DNA from: Octopus sinensis
Lineage: Eukaryota
Direction of reading: 5' to 3'
Assembly: GCF_006345805.1 (NCBI RefSeq)
Contig: NC_042997.1
Span: forward strand, 166,098,001 to 166,162,000
Length of the DNA stretch: 64,000 nt
The position numbers and the translations under genes were made by a program. The notes below the pieces were generated by a model. That model did no database searches, was not told the DNA's origin, and worked only from the letters and a program-made list of their open reading frames with translations. Positions 52,211 through 64,000 of the stretch are shown piece after piece. Position 1 is the stretch's first letter. Each line of letters begins with the position of its first letter.

Positions 52211-55200
52211 ATGTGCGTGAGTGTGTGTGTGTCACATTTTAGTGAAAATTTTTAATATGACAAAAAGTTTTCTTATAGAGACATTTTTACAGTATCAGTT
52301 TTTGTACATGTTTCAACCAAAGACGTTTTATAGATGAAGAAAAATATTTTACCGACCGGTTTAGTAGTCATCAGCTTTTTAAAGTTTAAAGCATGTTCAT
52401 CAATGCATTTTATCCCATGTGGTGAAAGAAACACATGCGATTAATTTCATACAGCCATGTCGTTCATGTCATTTCCAGGACAAGGGATATAACTGTTAAT
52501 TTGTGTATTTTATCTTGTTTATGTTCTTTTAATAATATTTTTCCTTATACAGAGAGGAAAGAAGGTTTAATTAAAATATCAGATACAGAACATTTAGGAA
52601 CAGATTTTTGTTTTTACAAAGAAGTTTACTTTTCCTAATAAATCCTACTTAGGCTTTACTATGTTGCTATTGATGTTGTTATTGAAACTGTTATTAGTGT
52701 CTATGTGATTTCTCCTGATTTTCTGAATCCAATTGCACTGAAAGTATATAAAAAGCCTATCTCGAGTCTATTATTCTAATTCTTAAATCCACATACGTAT
52801 TAAAATGTGTATATATGCGTGTGTGAGTGTGTTTATACGTATACACATATATGTGTGTGCGTGTATACATACATACATATACATAAATACATACACATGC
52901 ACATATATATATAGAGAGAGAGAGAGGCAGACAGACAGATAGACACACATATGTGCCAGCATACATATATTTCCTATGATAAAGAGAAAAAAAAACACCG
53001 GCGTAAAAATACCTTCAAATATATTTGAGTTCGTTTCAGTCAGAACAACTAGTAGCATTTATTACACCATTGACATCACTTTGTAATAATTTGTATTTAT
53101 GTCACCGACTAGATGAAATTTATGAGGGTATATGCTAATTAAAGCATAATCCATTAAGTTTCAATTTCTATTTGCTAATGAAATATATTTGTTTAGTTTC
53201 TGTTACGTCGTTGAGTCATTACACTGATGGAATAAGAAGAATGAGCTGTTTGGTAAGACCTTTTACCTACAATTTTCTATATGTTCACTCAAGGATATTT
53301 TCCTTGTATACGGTCCCCTGATCTGTTGGTGATATACCGTGATTCTTTTTCTGTCATACCTGTTTGTCAAACGTAGTGTTGACGACAACCTTTTGCCTTT
53401 ATATATTATAATGTATATCAGGTTGTCTCAATTACAAGAAAATCGTTTATGTGTATATGTGTGTATGTATGTATGTATGTATGTATGTATGTATCTATGT
53501 ATGTATGTATGTATGTATGTATGTATGTATGTATACTCAGGTATTTCAGTTGGTTTTCAGACGTGAGTAGAACAAGGCAGCACAGGTCGGTAGAGGGTTC
53601 TTTAGTTTGAACGGTTCATTGCATAAATTCTTTATCATGATTCGCAGTAGACAAGTCAAGAAGATTATCGAGAATCTCAATAAGTCTAAACTGAGTACTT
53701 TTCTCGTGTTCAACCTCAACTTTATCCTGAGAATCCCCTAACAAACCCAATTCTCTAATTACTACAGTATCTTCTCAACCGTTATGAAAATTGGGTATTT
53801 GATCCTAATGATTCAATTTCAGAGCCTAAAGGGTTCTTCAAATGAACTTTTGCAGCCGAAGGAAGTTATGTTGGTCTATTCATTCTTGTAGTTCTCCAGT
53901 TCTCTTTCTTTTGTGAGGAAAGGTGAAGTGACTTTCATAAAGTGTTGTGCTTGTGGATGTACACAACAGGGACCCATCAAACGTAAAGCGTCAAAAAGAA
54001 CATTCCCATGCAGATATCAATAAATTTTCAGACTCTAGAATCAATGTCACAGTTTTCAGTCAATACATATTGATACATAACGTTTGCCTATAAGATCAAG
54101 GAATAAGTTGTAACGGTCCTGTTATGCAAAGAAGACTTGAAGATCCTTTTACCAGAATCTGATAAGAAATGTCACGACAAGAGAACGCAGATGGCAAGCA
54201 ACAAATATTTCTTATTTGAGACAACGGTAACCAGTCCTTAAAATCAGTTGTTATGCAGAATAATAGTGTGACTTTGATTTTTGATAAATGTGGCGTCTAG
54301 AAACAATGCGTTTTATGCTGACCAATGTGCGTGGAAAATTTTAGAGTCCGAAAAGAAATGCATCAACTTTGCATCGCAAGAGTGGCAGCGAGGTTTGTGC
54401 AGGAGCTTCAGACAAGAGTGGCTTGTTCTTTGAAATGAAGCTTTATATCCCGCAAAGTTAAACAGTCAGTATTTTAAGGTGCATGAAGCTCTCAGTTTAC
54501 ATATTTAATCTTCCAAGTTGTAATCTATGTTCCATACTGGCGAATGCAACGATTTGTAAAGTTTGGGTTACTTGATTTAACTTGTGATCTATGTCTGTTT
54601 AGCCGTGTATATATTTGGGTTTTTAAATGTACACGTTTGACGTAGATACGTCGTAGAGAAGAGGATGACAAAAGTGAAGTGTATCTTAAAAGGAACAATT
54701 AATTATTCTTCTCTGGTATATACAAATATCTATTCTCTTCTCATTCTTCAAAAGATGTTCTGAACCTCAACCGATTCAGGGAAAAAACATTTAAAATATC
54801 TTTAGTAACGAAAATTTCAGTATATATTTGTGTTTGGTTGAACATTTCTGGTGTGTATATGGTAGCAATTTTTGGTAAATGGCATACCTGGTCATTGTAG
54901 TTGCAAGTGTGGTTGATGTTATGATGATGGCGATAGTGGTACTATGATAGCAGCGACGGTAACCCTTGTTGGCCTAATATATGCTCCTCTTTTGAAAGCT
55001 TGGTAGTAACTATCAAATGATTTTTTAAATGGCAGTTAGAAGAATGAGTCATGGATGGCGGAGTCAAGAAAAGTTGAGCTAATGCTTTTCACTGGTCATA
55101 ACACAAAACATTTCAAAATAATACAGATACCTTGAGCGGTAAGGTTACTATGAAATACGGTGTAATGTTTGTAAAACTAAAATAAAGCTAAAATCTCTAC

Positions 55201-56250
55201 AAATATTGAATTCACTTTATAATTTTAAAAGCATAGCAGGTAACATTCAGTGACAAAAATATTACAACTCATTCATAACTGGAATTTCTTAACTCGTATA
55301 CAAATTAAATCAATATAAGAAATAACGAGTCAGCTAAAAGAAGGGTTTATTTAGCTCAATAAAAGTTCTACTGACTTCTACTGAAAGAACTGTCAGATGT
55401 AGCAGTTTACAAATTATTTTATAACAGCTGCATTGCTTCGTAGTGATTCAACTATTTTATCATTATTTTATATTTATTTTATTATTATTTAATTATTGCA
55501 AACTTCCGTTCAAGGATCTGGTGGGTGGTATTCTATAATATAAACTTGCACAAACTCGGCATACAGTAGTTTCAAGTGTCTAGAAATGAACTACTGATCC
55601 AGGAAATGGGATGTAACCTTCGGAATGTAGTCTTCAATGAAAAAATACTTTGTATATAAATTGATAGTTTTCGGTTACAGCTTAAACAAGTAAACAAGAG
55701 GGAGGCGAACATAGACAAATGCAAATTAACAAAGTTTTAATGTACGAAGCTTGTATACTCGTCAATACTTATTAGCAAGTTTGGTTTTTGTATTTTACTG
55801 ATGAATGAGGTAGTTTTAAGTCATTGTAAATAAATAAGATTCTCCGTTGTAGATATGGATATTGTATTTCTGTGTATTCGATTCTTTGCGGAAACCCAGA
55901 AAATACTACTTGTGTACTTCACGTTTCTGAAGAGAAAACCACGTTTTCTTGATGCTGTTTTGGTAAATTTAAATCAGAATTCTCAGTGAAAATTTAGAAA
56001 AAATATTAAATCTTAGAATGCACTGAGAGTGATATTTGTTAAATTTTAGTTTATCTATGAAGAATAGGATATAAGTATTGCCATGTTGTTAAAAATTCTC
56101 TACACAATCATGTGGTTTCGGGATCAGTATCTTGGCAGGTGTTTTCTATCATAGCCTTGTGTTGAACAAAGCCTTGCGAGTGAAATTAAGCAGACAGAAA
56201 TTAACAGCACGTTTCAATTCTAGACTTAATTGGTCACCTAGTTTAATACC

Positions 56251-56482
56251 TATTTCTTTTCTACCCACAAGGGGCTAAACACAGAGAGGACAAACAAGGA
56301 CAGACAAAAGGATTAAGTCGATTACATCGACCCCAGTGCGTAACTGGTACTTAATTTATCGACCCCAAAAGGATGAAAGGTAAAGTCAACCTCGGCGGAA
56401 TTTGAACTCAGAACGTTACGGCAGACAAAATACGGCTACGCATTTCGCCCGGCATGCTAACGTGTCTGCCAGCTCGCCACCT
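56251..56482 (-). mobile_element. Young SINE-A with 17-bp TSD
   Basis: TSD tcacctagtttaatacc at 56234-56250 and 56483-56499. Confidence 0.92.
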
Positions 56483-57116
56483 TCACCTAGTTTAATACCA
56501 TCACCTGATCACACTGAATTGTGTTTATTGGCGTCTACATTGTGACGAAAAATGGGACATGAGCACTGCTCTTCTTCCTATGACTAAAACATTAAAATTT
56601 TCAAAAACAGTTCTTTTGAGATGATACGTTAATAATTACATCGAAGTAAGTACATTCCTACTGGCATAAATGATCTGAGCATGAGATTTTCTGAATATGA
56701 AGGTATATGATCTGTGTAGAAGTATATAGGATTATTAATTGGAGAGGTATCCGCGAAAAGCTGGAGTTGAGGGTTGAGGAAGTTTTTTTCAGTGAAAGAG
56801 TATACACGTTATGTTGGAAACTTTGGATCTAAGCAATTGATTCATTTATTATCTCTAAGGAAGACGTTTGCATTTTTTGAAGGGTTTTCTACAATTGAAT
56901 GCAACACTTTCCTTGTCATCTGCAATGCCCCAATTATTGTTGGCAACTAAAATACTGGTATTTTACCCAAAACAAAAAAGATTAAAATGCTAGAGAAGAC
57001 TTTAGAGTAAACCAAGCACCCTTGTAATTTTGGACTTATCTTTATATAGATATTCTGGATTGGTTATCTTTGTAATAATTTCCAATACTTGAATCATACA
57101 CGATACAGTTGTTATG

Positions 57117-57430
57117 AAGGTGCGTGGCTTAATGGTTAGGATATTCGTCTCACGATCGTAATGTCGTGAGTACGATTCTTGGCGACATATTGTGTCCTGG
57201 AGCAAGACACTTTATTTCACGTTGCTCCAGTTCACTCAGCTGCCAAAAATGAGCAGTACTTGTATTTCAAAGGGCTGCCCTTGTCTCATTCTGCATCACG
57301 CTGGATCTCCCTGCGAGCTACGTTAAGAGTATGCGTTTCTGTGAAGTGCTCAACCCCTTGCACGTTAATTTCACAAGCAGGCTGTGCCGTTGATCGGATC
57401 AACTGGACCCCTTGTCATCATAACCGACGT
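57117..57430 (+). mobile_element. SINE family B variant (head + middle M2 + tail T3)
   Basis: Shares gagcaa(g)acactt..atttcacgttgctccagt..cactcagctg..caaaaatga with 19525-19783, but has a different tail. Confidence 0.8.
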
Positions 57431-58542
57431 AGTGCCAATCTGAGAACCAATTGTTGTAGTAATTGTGGCTGATAATTATAACCATTTAGTATTAAGGAGA
57501 TGCAAAACCGTTTATTTCATGGGGGCTTATTCCTACATTATGTCTCCTGTCAATTTTGCCAATTGTACGCTGCTGGACGCCTTACATATTCCGTGATAAA
57601 ATTTCTGTGCAGATTTTCTATATCATTGCAAAATGCATTTTTACAATTATGCGCTTTAAGTATGAATTAGATGCGAAGCGCAATAGCCAAGTGGATCGGC
57701 ACTAAGACTCTGATTGCTGCATCACTAAACTGGGTACAGCTACAGTTTTTGTGCTGCATCTCTTGCGAAATCAATAAATTCTACAAACCAAAAGCTGTAT
57801 TGCTTAATTATATACTTTAAGAGAAAACGTCTCGTTCACAGCTTCATAACTAGAAACGTTTTTTTTTTAGTTTCTATACATTAAAGTACGTGACACTCAT
57901 TATAAGTTTGTTACAGCAGCGAAACCTGTTATAAGACATTTTATTTTATAATTTTGAACCCATGATTGTTATTTTACGAACAACTCCTGCCGTCTGAATT
58001 TTATTTAATAAAACTTGACAAATTAAAGAAAAATATTTTTATTCATATAGAGAGAATTTATTAATATAAAAGTCAAATGATAATTTATTATTTTAAAAAT
58101 GATGGAGTATAATTTTTTATAATATAAATTTCTATTAAATTTCATTTAAAGACATCTAATCTTGCGGAACCCCGGAACTTTTCCCCTGGGCCCAGTTCAA
58201 GAAACCTGGTATTACTGTACACAACTAAGCGGCTTATTTATTTATTGAATTGATACATACTTTAAATCGATGACTTTCATATTCATTCTTATGCTGATCG
58301 TTGTTGTGTACGTCACACGAGAATATATTTTTAATCATTTATCATATTATGCCAGGAGCAAATAAGAAATCTACTTTAATCTAATATTTAAATATATTTC
58401 TCGTCTTTCACATCAATTACTTTCCAAATTGAATTAAACAGAAACACATTCCAGAAAACAACCTGCAGTGTAACATGAACAGGGAATTAATGAATTTCTA
58501 TAAAGTGACCTTTTAAGTAATGTATTTATGATAGCAAAACCA

Positions 58543-58910
58543 ACGGGATCTTTTCCTTTTCATGGGCAACTTGATTAATTAATTTTCTCTAACTAAAAAT
58601 TTGAAACTTCGTATACTGTAGAATGTGTCACATGGAACATCTTTTACTCTTAGCGTTGTTGAAAAAACTTTCTATTTTTGAAGTTATTTCGTGTTAAATT
58701 TGTCGTATTTCGGTAATTTCAACTAATCAATGACGTGTATTCAGCTGAATAAAATTACTACTGTTGTTTGTCAACAACAACTTCCGGTGGTGTATATTTC
58801 GTTTGTCACTGTTATTTATGACATCGTTCGTGCGTTTGTACTGGTTTTAGCTTTTAAAAAATTACAATTTTTCTACTTAGGGTTAGGGTTAGGGTTGGGT
58901 TTTTAGGATT
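58543..58910. mobile_element. One-armed relative of the TTAGGG-carrying foldback element
   Basis: Left arm is homologous to 60591-60890, followed by a short (TTAGGG)n at 58877-58907. No right arm. Confidence 0.75.
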
Positions 58911-59550
58911 ACGGTTAAGGAAAAAGTGAAAAATGAAGAAGTTAGTGGGGTGGGGGCAAAAAATTTCAAAATTTCGATTTTTGGCAATTTTCCGGAATCT
59001 CCGTATCCGAAAAGCTGGGTTTTAGGCAAAAAAAAAATTTAAAAAACAATAATTTGCGAGAAAATGGGGTGGAGACGGAAGGAAGTCTTTCCGAAAATAG
59101 CTGAAAAACAGGAAAAAAAAAACCCCTAAAAGCATTAGAAATGCACGAACGATTATGGTGGTGTCATGAAGTAAACGTGTTTCAGATACACTTGTTTATT
59201 CATACGAACGTAACTGAGATGAAATATATCATAAATAACAGTCAGCCACCCAAAAACATAAAGAGCTTTTCCGCGCTGTTTCCGCATACCAGTTTCACCT
59301 ACACGGCTTTGATCGACCCCTAGGTTATGGTAGAAGACGTTTTGCCTAAGGTGATGCACAGTGGAATCGAACTACCTTGTTGCGAAGCTGGCTTCTTAAC
59401 CAGACAATCATTCGGAAAATTAAAGTTATATTTAAATATTTCAGTTTAGCTCAGAAGCAAAACCAGAATATTTATCATAGAAAACACATTGCTTTTATTT
59501 TAAATTTTATTCCTCGCCATTTGTCAGATAGTCAAAATAAGAGAACAAGA

Positions 59551-59692
59551 TGCTAATTTCCTGCTGTGAGAATATAAGCTAAAAATGCTAATTTGCTGCT
59601 GTAAGAATATAAGCTAAAAATGCTAATTTGCTGCTGTAAGAATATAAGCTAAAAATGCTAATTTCCTGCTGTAAGAATATAAGCTAAAAATG
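59551..59692. repeat. Minisatellite, 4 x 35 bp
   Basis: Unit tgctaattt(c/g)ctgctgt(g/a)agaatataagctaaaaa, contiguous, no spacers. Confidence 0.95.
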
Positions 59693-60590
59693 ATTAGATA
59701 TCCTTTCTACTATAGGCACAAGACCAGCAATTTCGGTGGGAGGGAGTTGTCTATTACGTTGACTGTACTCGACTGGTTTTTATTTCATTGACCTCAAAAG
59801 GATGAAAGGCGAAGTCGAACTCGGTAAAATTTGAACTCAGATGGACGAAATGTTGCTAAGCATTTTGCCACTGATTCTGCCAGCTCGATGCCTCAAAAGA
59901 AAAAAACAAATATCATCACTGATAATGCCCTGTGGTCCCCATCAAGGCAATTAAATCTGAATTCTTCTTATAAAGAAACTAGTTTACAGCATCGTGATTC
60001 AAATACTCGGAATGCATTCGCCTCTAATATCATCTATGTTCTGAAGTAGCAAAGTAGAAATAAGTGCATACGCACTTTTTGGGTTTTATCTGTCACGTTC
60101 TGTAATTTAAAAAAATCATAGAAACACTTTTTTTTCGTTCTCGGAATGGAAAAAGATATAAAACAGTAACCTAAATATAAGAACTCAGTTTCTGCTGTTT
60201 CAAAATAAAAGCGAAAACAAGAATCTTTTGAAGAAATCTGGTGATTGCAATAAGGCAAGAGTGAACACATGTCTAACCACTGAGCAAATATTGTTGTTTT
60301 TCTTATTATTTTTTCGTTTTTTTCCTTTTTTTGCTATTTTGCAATCATTCGTTGGTTCAGAGACATCAAATGTGTTTCCGGTTTATGAAATGTTAACTCA
60401 GCTCTTGAAGTAAGCAAAATAAACAGTGAAATAAGTCCAAATGAACCTGGAATGTCTGCTGATGGAAACATTACTGAAAGTTATGAATGACCCTGAGTGT
60501 TCTTCCTAAATCATTAGATAAAAGAAACCTTCGAAATGCACAGCCAAAGAAGAAGATAATGAACCACATTGTAATATTCATCTCCCTTCT

Positions 60591-61316
60591 CGGATCTTTA
60601 CCTTTTGACCTACAGATTTAAAAGATAATTTTTTGTAACTAAACTCTTTCAAACTTCGGACACTGGTAGAATGTGTCATATAAAACATCTTTTACTCTTA
60701 GCATTTTTTAGAAAAACTTATATTTACGAAGTTATTTCACGTTAAAGTTCCCGTATTTCGGTAATTTCAACCAATCAATGACGTGTATTCAGCTGAATAA
60801 AATTACCGCCGTTGTTTGTCAACAACAACTATCGGCGGTGCATTTTTCGTTTGTTACTGTTATTTATGACATCGTTCGTGCATTTGTACTGGTTTTAAGG
60901 TTTTAGGGTTAGGGTTAGGGTTTCAGGGTTAGGGTTGGGTTTTAGGGTTAGAGTTTTAGGGTTAGGGTGTTAGGGTTAGGGTTTTAGGGTTAGGGTTAGG
61001 GTTAAGGTTTTAGGGTCAGGATTTTAGGGTCAGGGTTTTAGGGTTAGGATTGTCATAAATAACAGTAACAAACGAAATATACACCGCCGGAAGTTCTTGT
61101 TGACAAACAACAGCAGTAATTTTATTCAGCTGAATACACGGCATTGATTGGTTGAAATTACCGAAATACGAGAACTTTAACGTGAAATAACTTCGTAAAT
61201 ATAAGTTTTTCTCAAAAATGCTAAGAGTAAAAGATGCTTTATATGACACATTCTACCAGTGTCCGAAGTTTGAAAGTGTTTAGTTACAAAAAATTGTTTT
61301 TTAAATCTGTATGTCA
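60591..61316. mobile_element. Foldback/MITE-like element: ~266-bp inverted arms around a degenerate (TTAGGG/TTTTAGGG)n tract
   Basis: Arms at 60606-60871 and 61051-61316 are reverse complements with scattered mismatches. Telomere-like tract at ~60893-61049. Confidence 0.9.
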
Positions 61317-61559
61317 TTTGAATTAGTGAAGCGAAATGGTTACATTACTCAGAATTTATCTTTGTCGCAGCACAAAGCTAACTCTCAAATGAATGTTAGT
61401 AACAACACAGTGCTAGGCATTTTGCGGTATATGGTTATGTCCCTTTACGTACTTAGTTCAACTCTAGTTGGGATTAACGTGTGTGTGTGTTTGTGTTTTA
61501 CTTTAATCCATTAAGCTTGTTGCTGTTTAGTTTCGAGATTTCTGCATCGAGAAATAGAT

Positions 61560-61890
61560 CGCCTATAATAGGGCTGATTTTCAAATTTTGACACGAGGCC
61601 GGCAATTTCTGGAGAAGTGAGTAGTCGACCTCGGCGGAATTTGAACTCAGAACGTAAAGACGGACGAAATGCCGCAAAGCATTCGCCCGGTGTGCTAACA
61701 ATTCTGCCAGCTCACCGAATTAAAATTTATAAATAGTGGTTTCAAATTTTGGCACACAGCCAGCAATTTCGGGGATGTGATAAGTCGATAACATCGATCC
61801 CAGTGCTCATCTGGTACTTAATTTATCGACCCTGAAAGGATGAAAGGCAAAGTCGACATCGGCGGAATTTGAACTCAGGATTTAAAGACG
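61560..61890 (-). mobile_element. Two SINE-A copies with the alternative tail, one lacking its core
   Basis: Reverse complement head and tail. The 61560-61715 copy jumps from gaggtcgact directly to the tail. Confidence 0.8.
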
Positions 61891-63726
61891 TAAAGTCGGT
61901 AGATATTAAATTCCATTTGTAATAATTTTTCACTAAATATATTATGTTTTTCACTCAATTTATCTGTTACGTGATATTTTACATGATTGAAAAGCAGTAT
62001 ATAAAGCTAATATCACTCTTGGGATATTTATTTTAAAGAAATTTAATCACACGATTCTCACCCTCTTCTTTTCTCTCTCTCTCTCTCTTTGTCTTTCTCT
62101 TTCTCGCTCTAATATATACAAACTATCTTTCGTTTACTCTTTGCTTCAACGGAAATTTCCAGCAAATAAATGAAAATAACTCGTTGCGATACCGTTTACT
62201 CCTATGATCTATGATCTGCACTGTCTTCTTTATATTCCGACCCAGAAATATACAAGCATCTTTTAACCTTTAAGGCCTAGTCAAGAACTGATTTTTTATT
62301 CCTTTTATTTTTCTGTAACTCAATCAGAAAGGAGAGACATTACTCATAACTTCTACAGATTACTCAGGTAGATGGAATTGATATAGTTAATGTTCAATTC
62401 GAAAAATCTGTAAATTCACGTCAGCGAGGAAAACACGATAGAAAATGTGATAGGAATAGTTGTTAAAAATCAGGAATGCATTGCCAGGGAGTTGCAGTTC
62501 TGGTGAGAAGAAGGTTTGAGTAAGTGATTAATGCGCGGTCTTGTAGGGGACACAGAACAAGCGATGATAGAATGAGAGATGGACGAGTGTGTTTAGTGGT
62601 ATGCAAAAAGCTAATTCAGAAGAGACCGTTATAGCTGCAACAGAATAAGCAGAGTAAGTTGTAGCGTGTTGAGTGATTCTCTAGCAAATCAGTCGGATAA
62701 TGACAATCGTTTTGATACCGTCTTGGATGGTTGTGTCAGTAACAGTAGCAATTAAAAAGAAAGCTGGTTCTGAAGGTAAAGTTTTTGCTTTACGAAAGTG
62801 ACATCACTAACAAAGAGCATCAACGTTTATGAGACCAGACATTTTTTACCGATTTTGAAGGTTTTAACAGCGTTTTACGAAGACCAGGGCGAGTGAGGTG
62901 CATGATTGTTCCTTTAATATAATGCGTTTTTTGTGCTGTTGAATGAGAGCTAATTGTTGTGTCCGCTATTGGAGAATCCTTTCGAGGTTTATGTTTGTTG
63001 GGCAGCGCAGGTTTGATGTGAGATGTCTAAGTTGCTTTGGCTTGACATCTGCATGCACAAAATTATTAAGAGTTATAGACAGTAAAGCCACGAAAATGAA
63101 GGGTTTCAGAACGAATTAGATAACTGTCCAATCGTTCTTTGTATTAGAATTAGAAGTTACTTCTCATTCAAATCATACGGTCTTAAGAAGACTTAGAAAT
63201 ATTAAGCAATAACAACGATGATAACAGCAACAACAGCATAGTAATTACACTTGCTGACTCAATGCTTTTGCATGTTGGTTTTGGGTGTGTTGCTTTTATT
63301 TAATCTCAAATCAGTCTGGATCTAACAGGCATATTATCAAAGATATTCCTTCTATATGTGACTATCGCGTCTTTTCTTTTACAGGAATAATATACCCAAA
63401 ACTATACAAGTTGCGTTCAAAAATTTTCCGACTTTATTTTTTCCTGTCAAAACTAATGCCGCGTGGGGAAAATCCTTTGGTTGGAGGATGACACCACCCT
63501 TCCTGCGCAAACGTGAAAATGTTTGTACCGGTAGGCGGCGTCAGTTCCCAGCTGTTACGCCCAGAGTGCAGACAAATACTTTTTGAACTCACCTCGTATT
63601 ATCCAATGCGTCTTTTTTTAAGATGCAAGGTTGTCATTTCAGATTTGCTTCACTGCTATTTTTAGTAGAGCTTGCAATCACATAGAAGTCCTTCATTAGT
63701 ACATTTGGCTTATTGTTGTTGCTGAT

Positions 63727-64000
63727 TGTTTGTTTGTTTGTTTGTTGAGCGAAGCGGTCTTCGTCCCAGAGTGGGAGAAGTCCGAAACGTGGTCCTTTGC
63801 TATTCGTAAGACCCGCAGAAGAGAAAGCAGGTCAACCCCCGACACCGAGAGCATCGACGGATGGATGAATGTGCATCCAGGCTCAGCGGTTGCGTAGGAA
63901 GTCGAGGATAAGAAACAGGAAGAAAGAGTGGGAGAAAGTTGGGAGCGAAAGAGTACAACAGGGCTCGCCACCACTCCCTGCCGGAGCCTCGTGGAGCTTT
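63727..64000 (-). mobile_element. SINE family B variant (middle M1 + tail T2 ending in (CAAA)n), cut by the window end
   Basis: 63915-64000 is the reverse complement of ~8782-8868. The tail differs. Confidence 0.8.

Noticed and set aside
59551-59692. 35-bp repeats as a CRISPR array
   Set aside because: No spacers, no cas genes and a eukaryotic context.
60893-61049. True telomere or chromosome-fusion scar
   Set aside because: Short, degenerate, single-orientation tract enclosed by inverted arms and repeated in a related element.

Overview
AT-rich, repeat-dense eukaryotic DNA, most likely from a coleoid cephalopod (Octopus). That assignment is inferred from the SINE/LINE types and the microsatellite load, not from a database search. 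One host coding exon is well supported: 22726-23467 (-), the first coding exon of a secreted coiled-coil protein with an angiopoietin-like N-terminus. Its downstream exons were not found. The rest is mobile-element debris: several modular tRNA-derived SINE families (some with clean target-site duplications, TSDs), R4/Dong-type, L1/Tx1 and RTE LINE relics, Tc1/mariner, hAT and Sola-like transposase relics, a small Helitron, a foldback element carrying TTAGGG repeats, and many microsatellites. The most unusual signal is a ~780-bp tandem array (14117-16124) set in a TA run. Each unit carries, on the minus strand, all three hammerhead ribozyme core strands with perfectly complementary stems I and III, but joined in a non-canonical order. 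Most ORFs in the supplied track are microsatellite or repeat artefacts. Boundaries of degraded relics are approximate.
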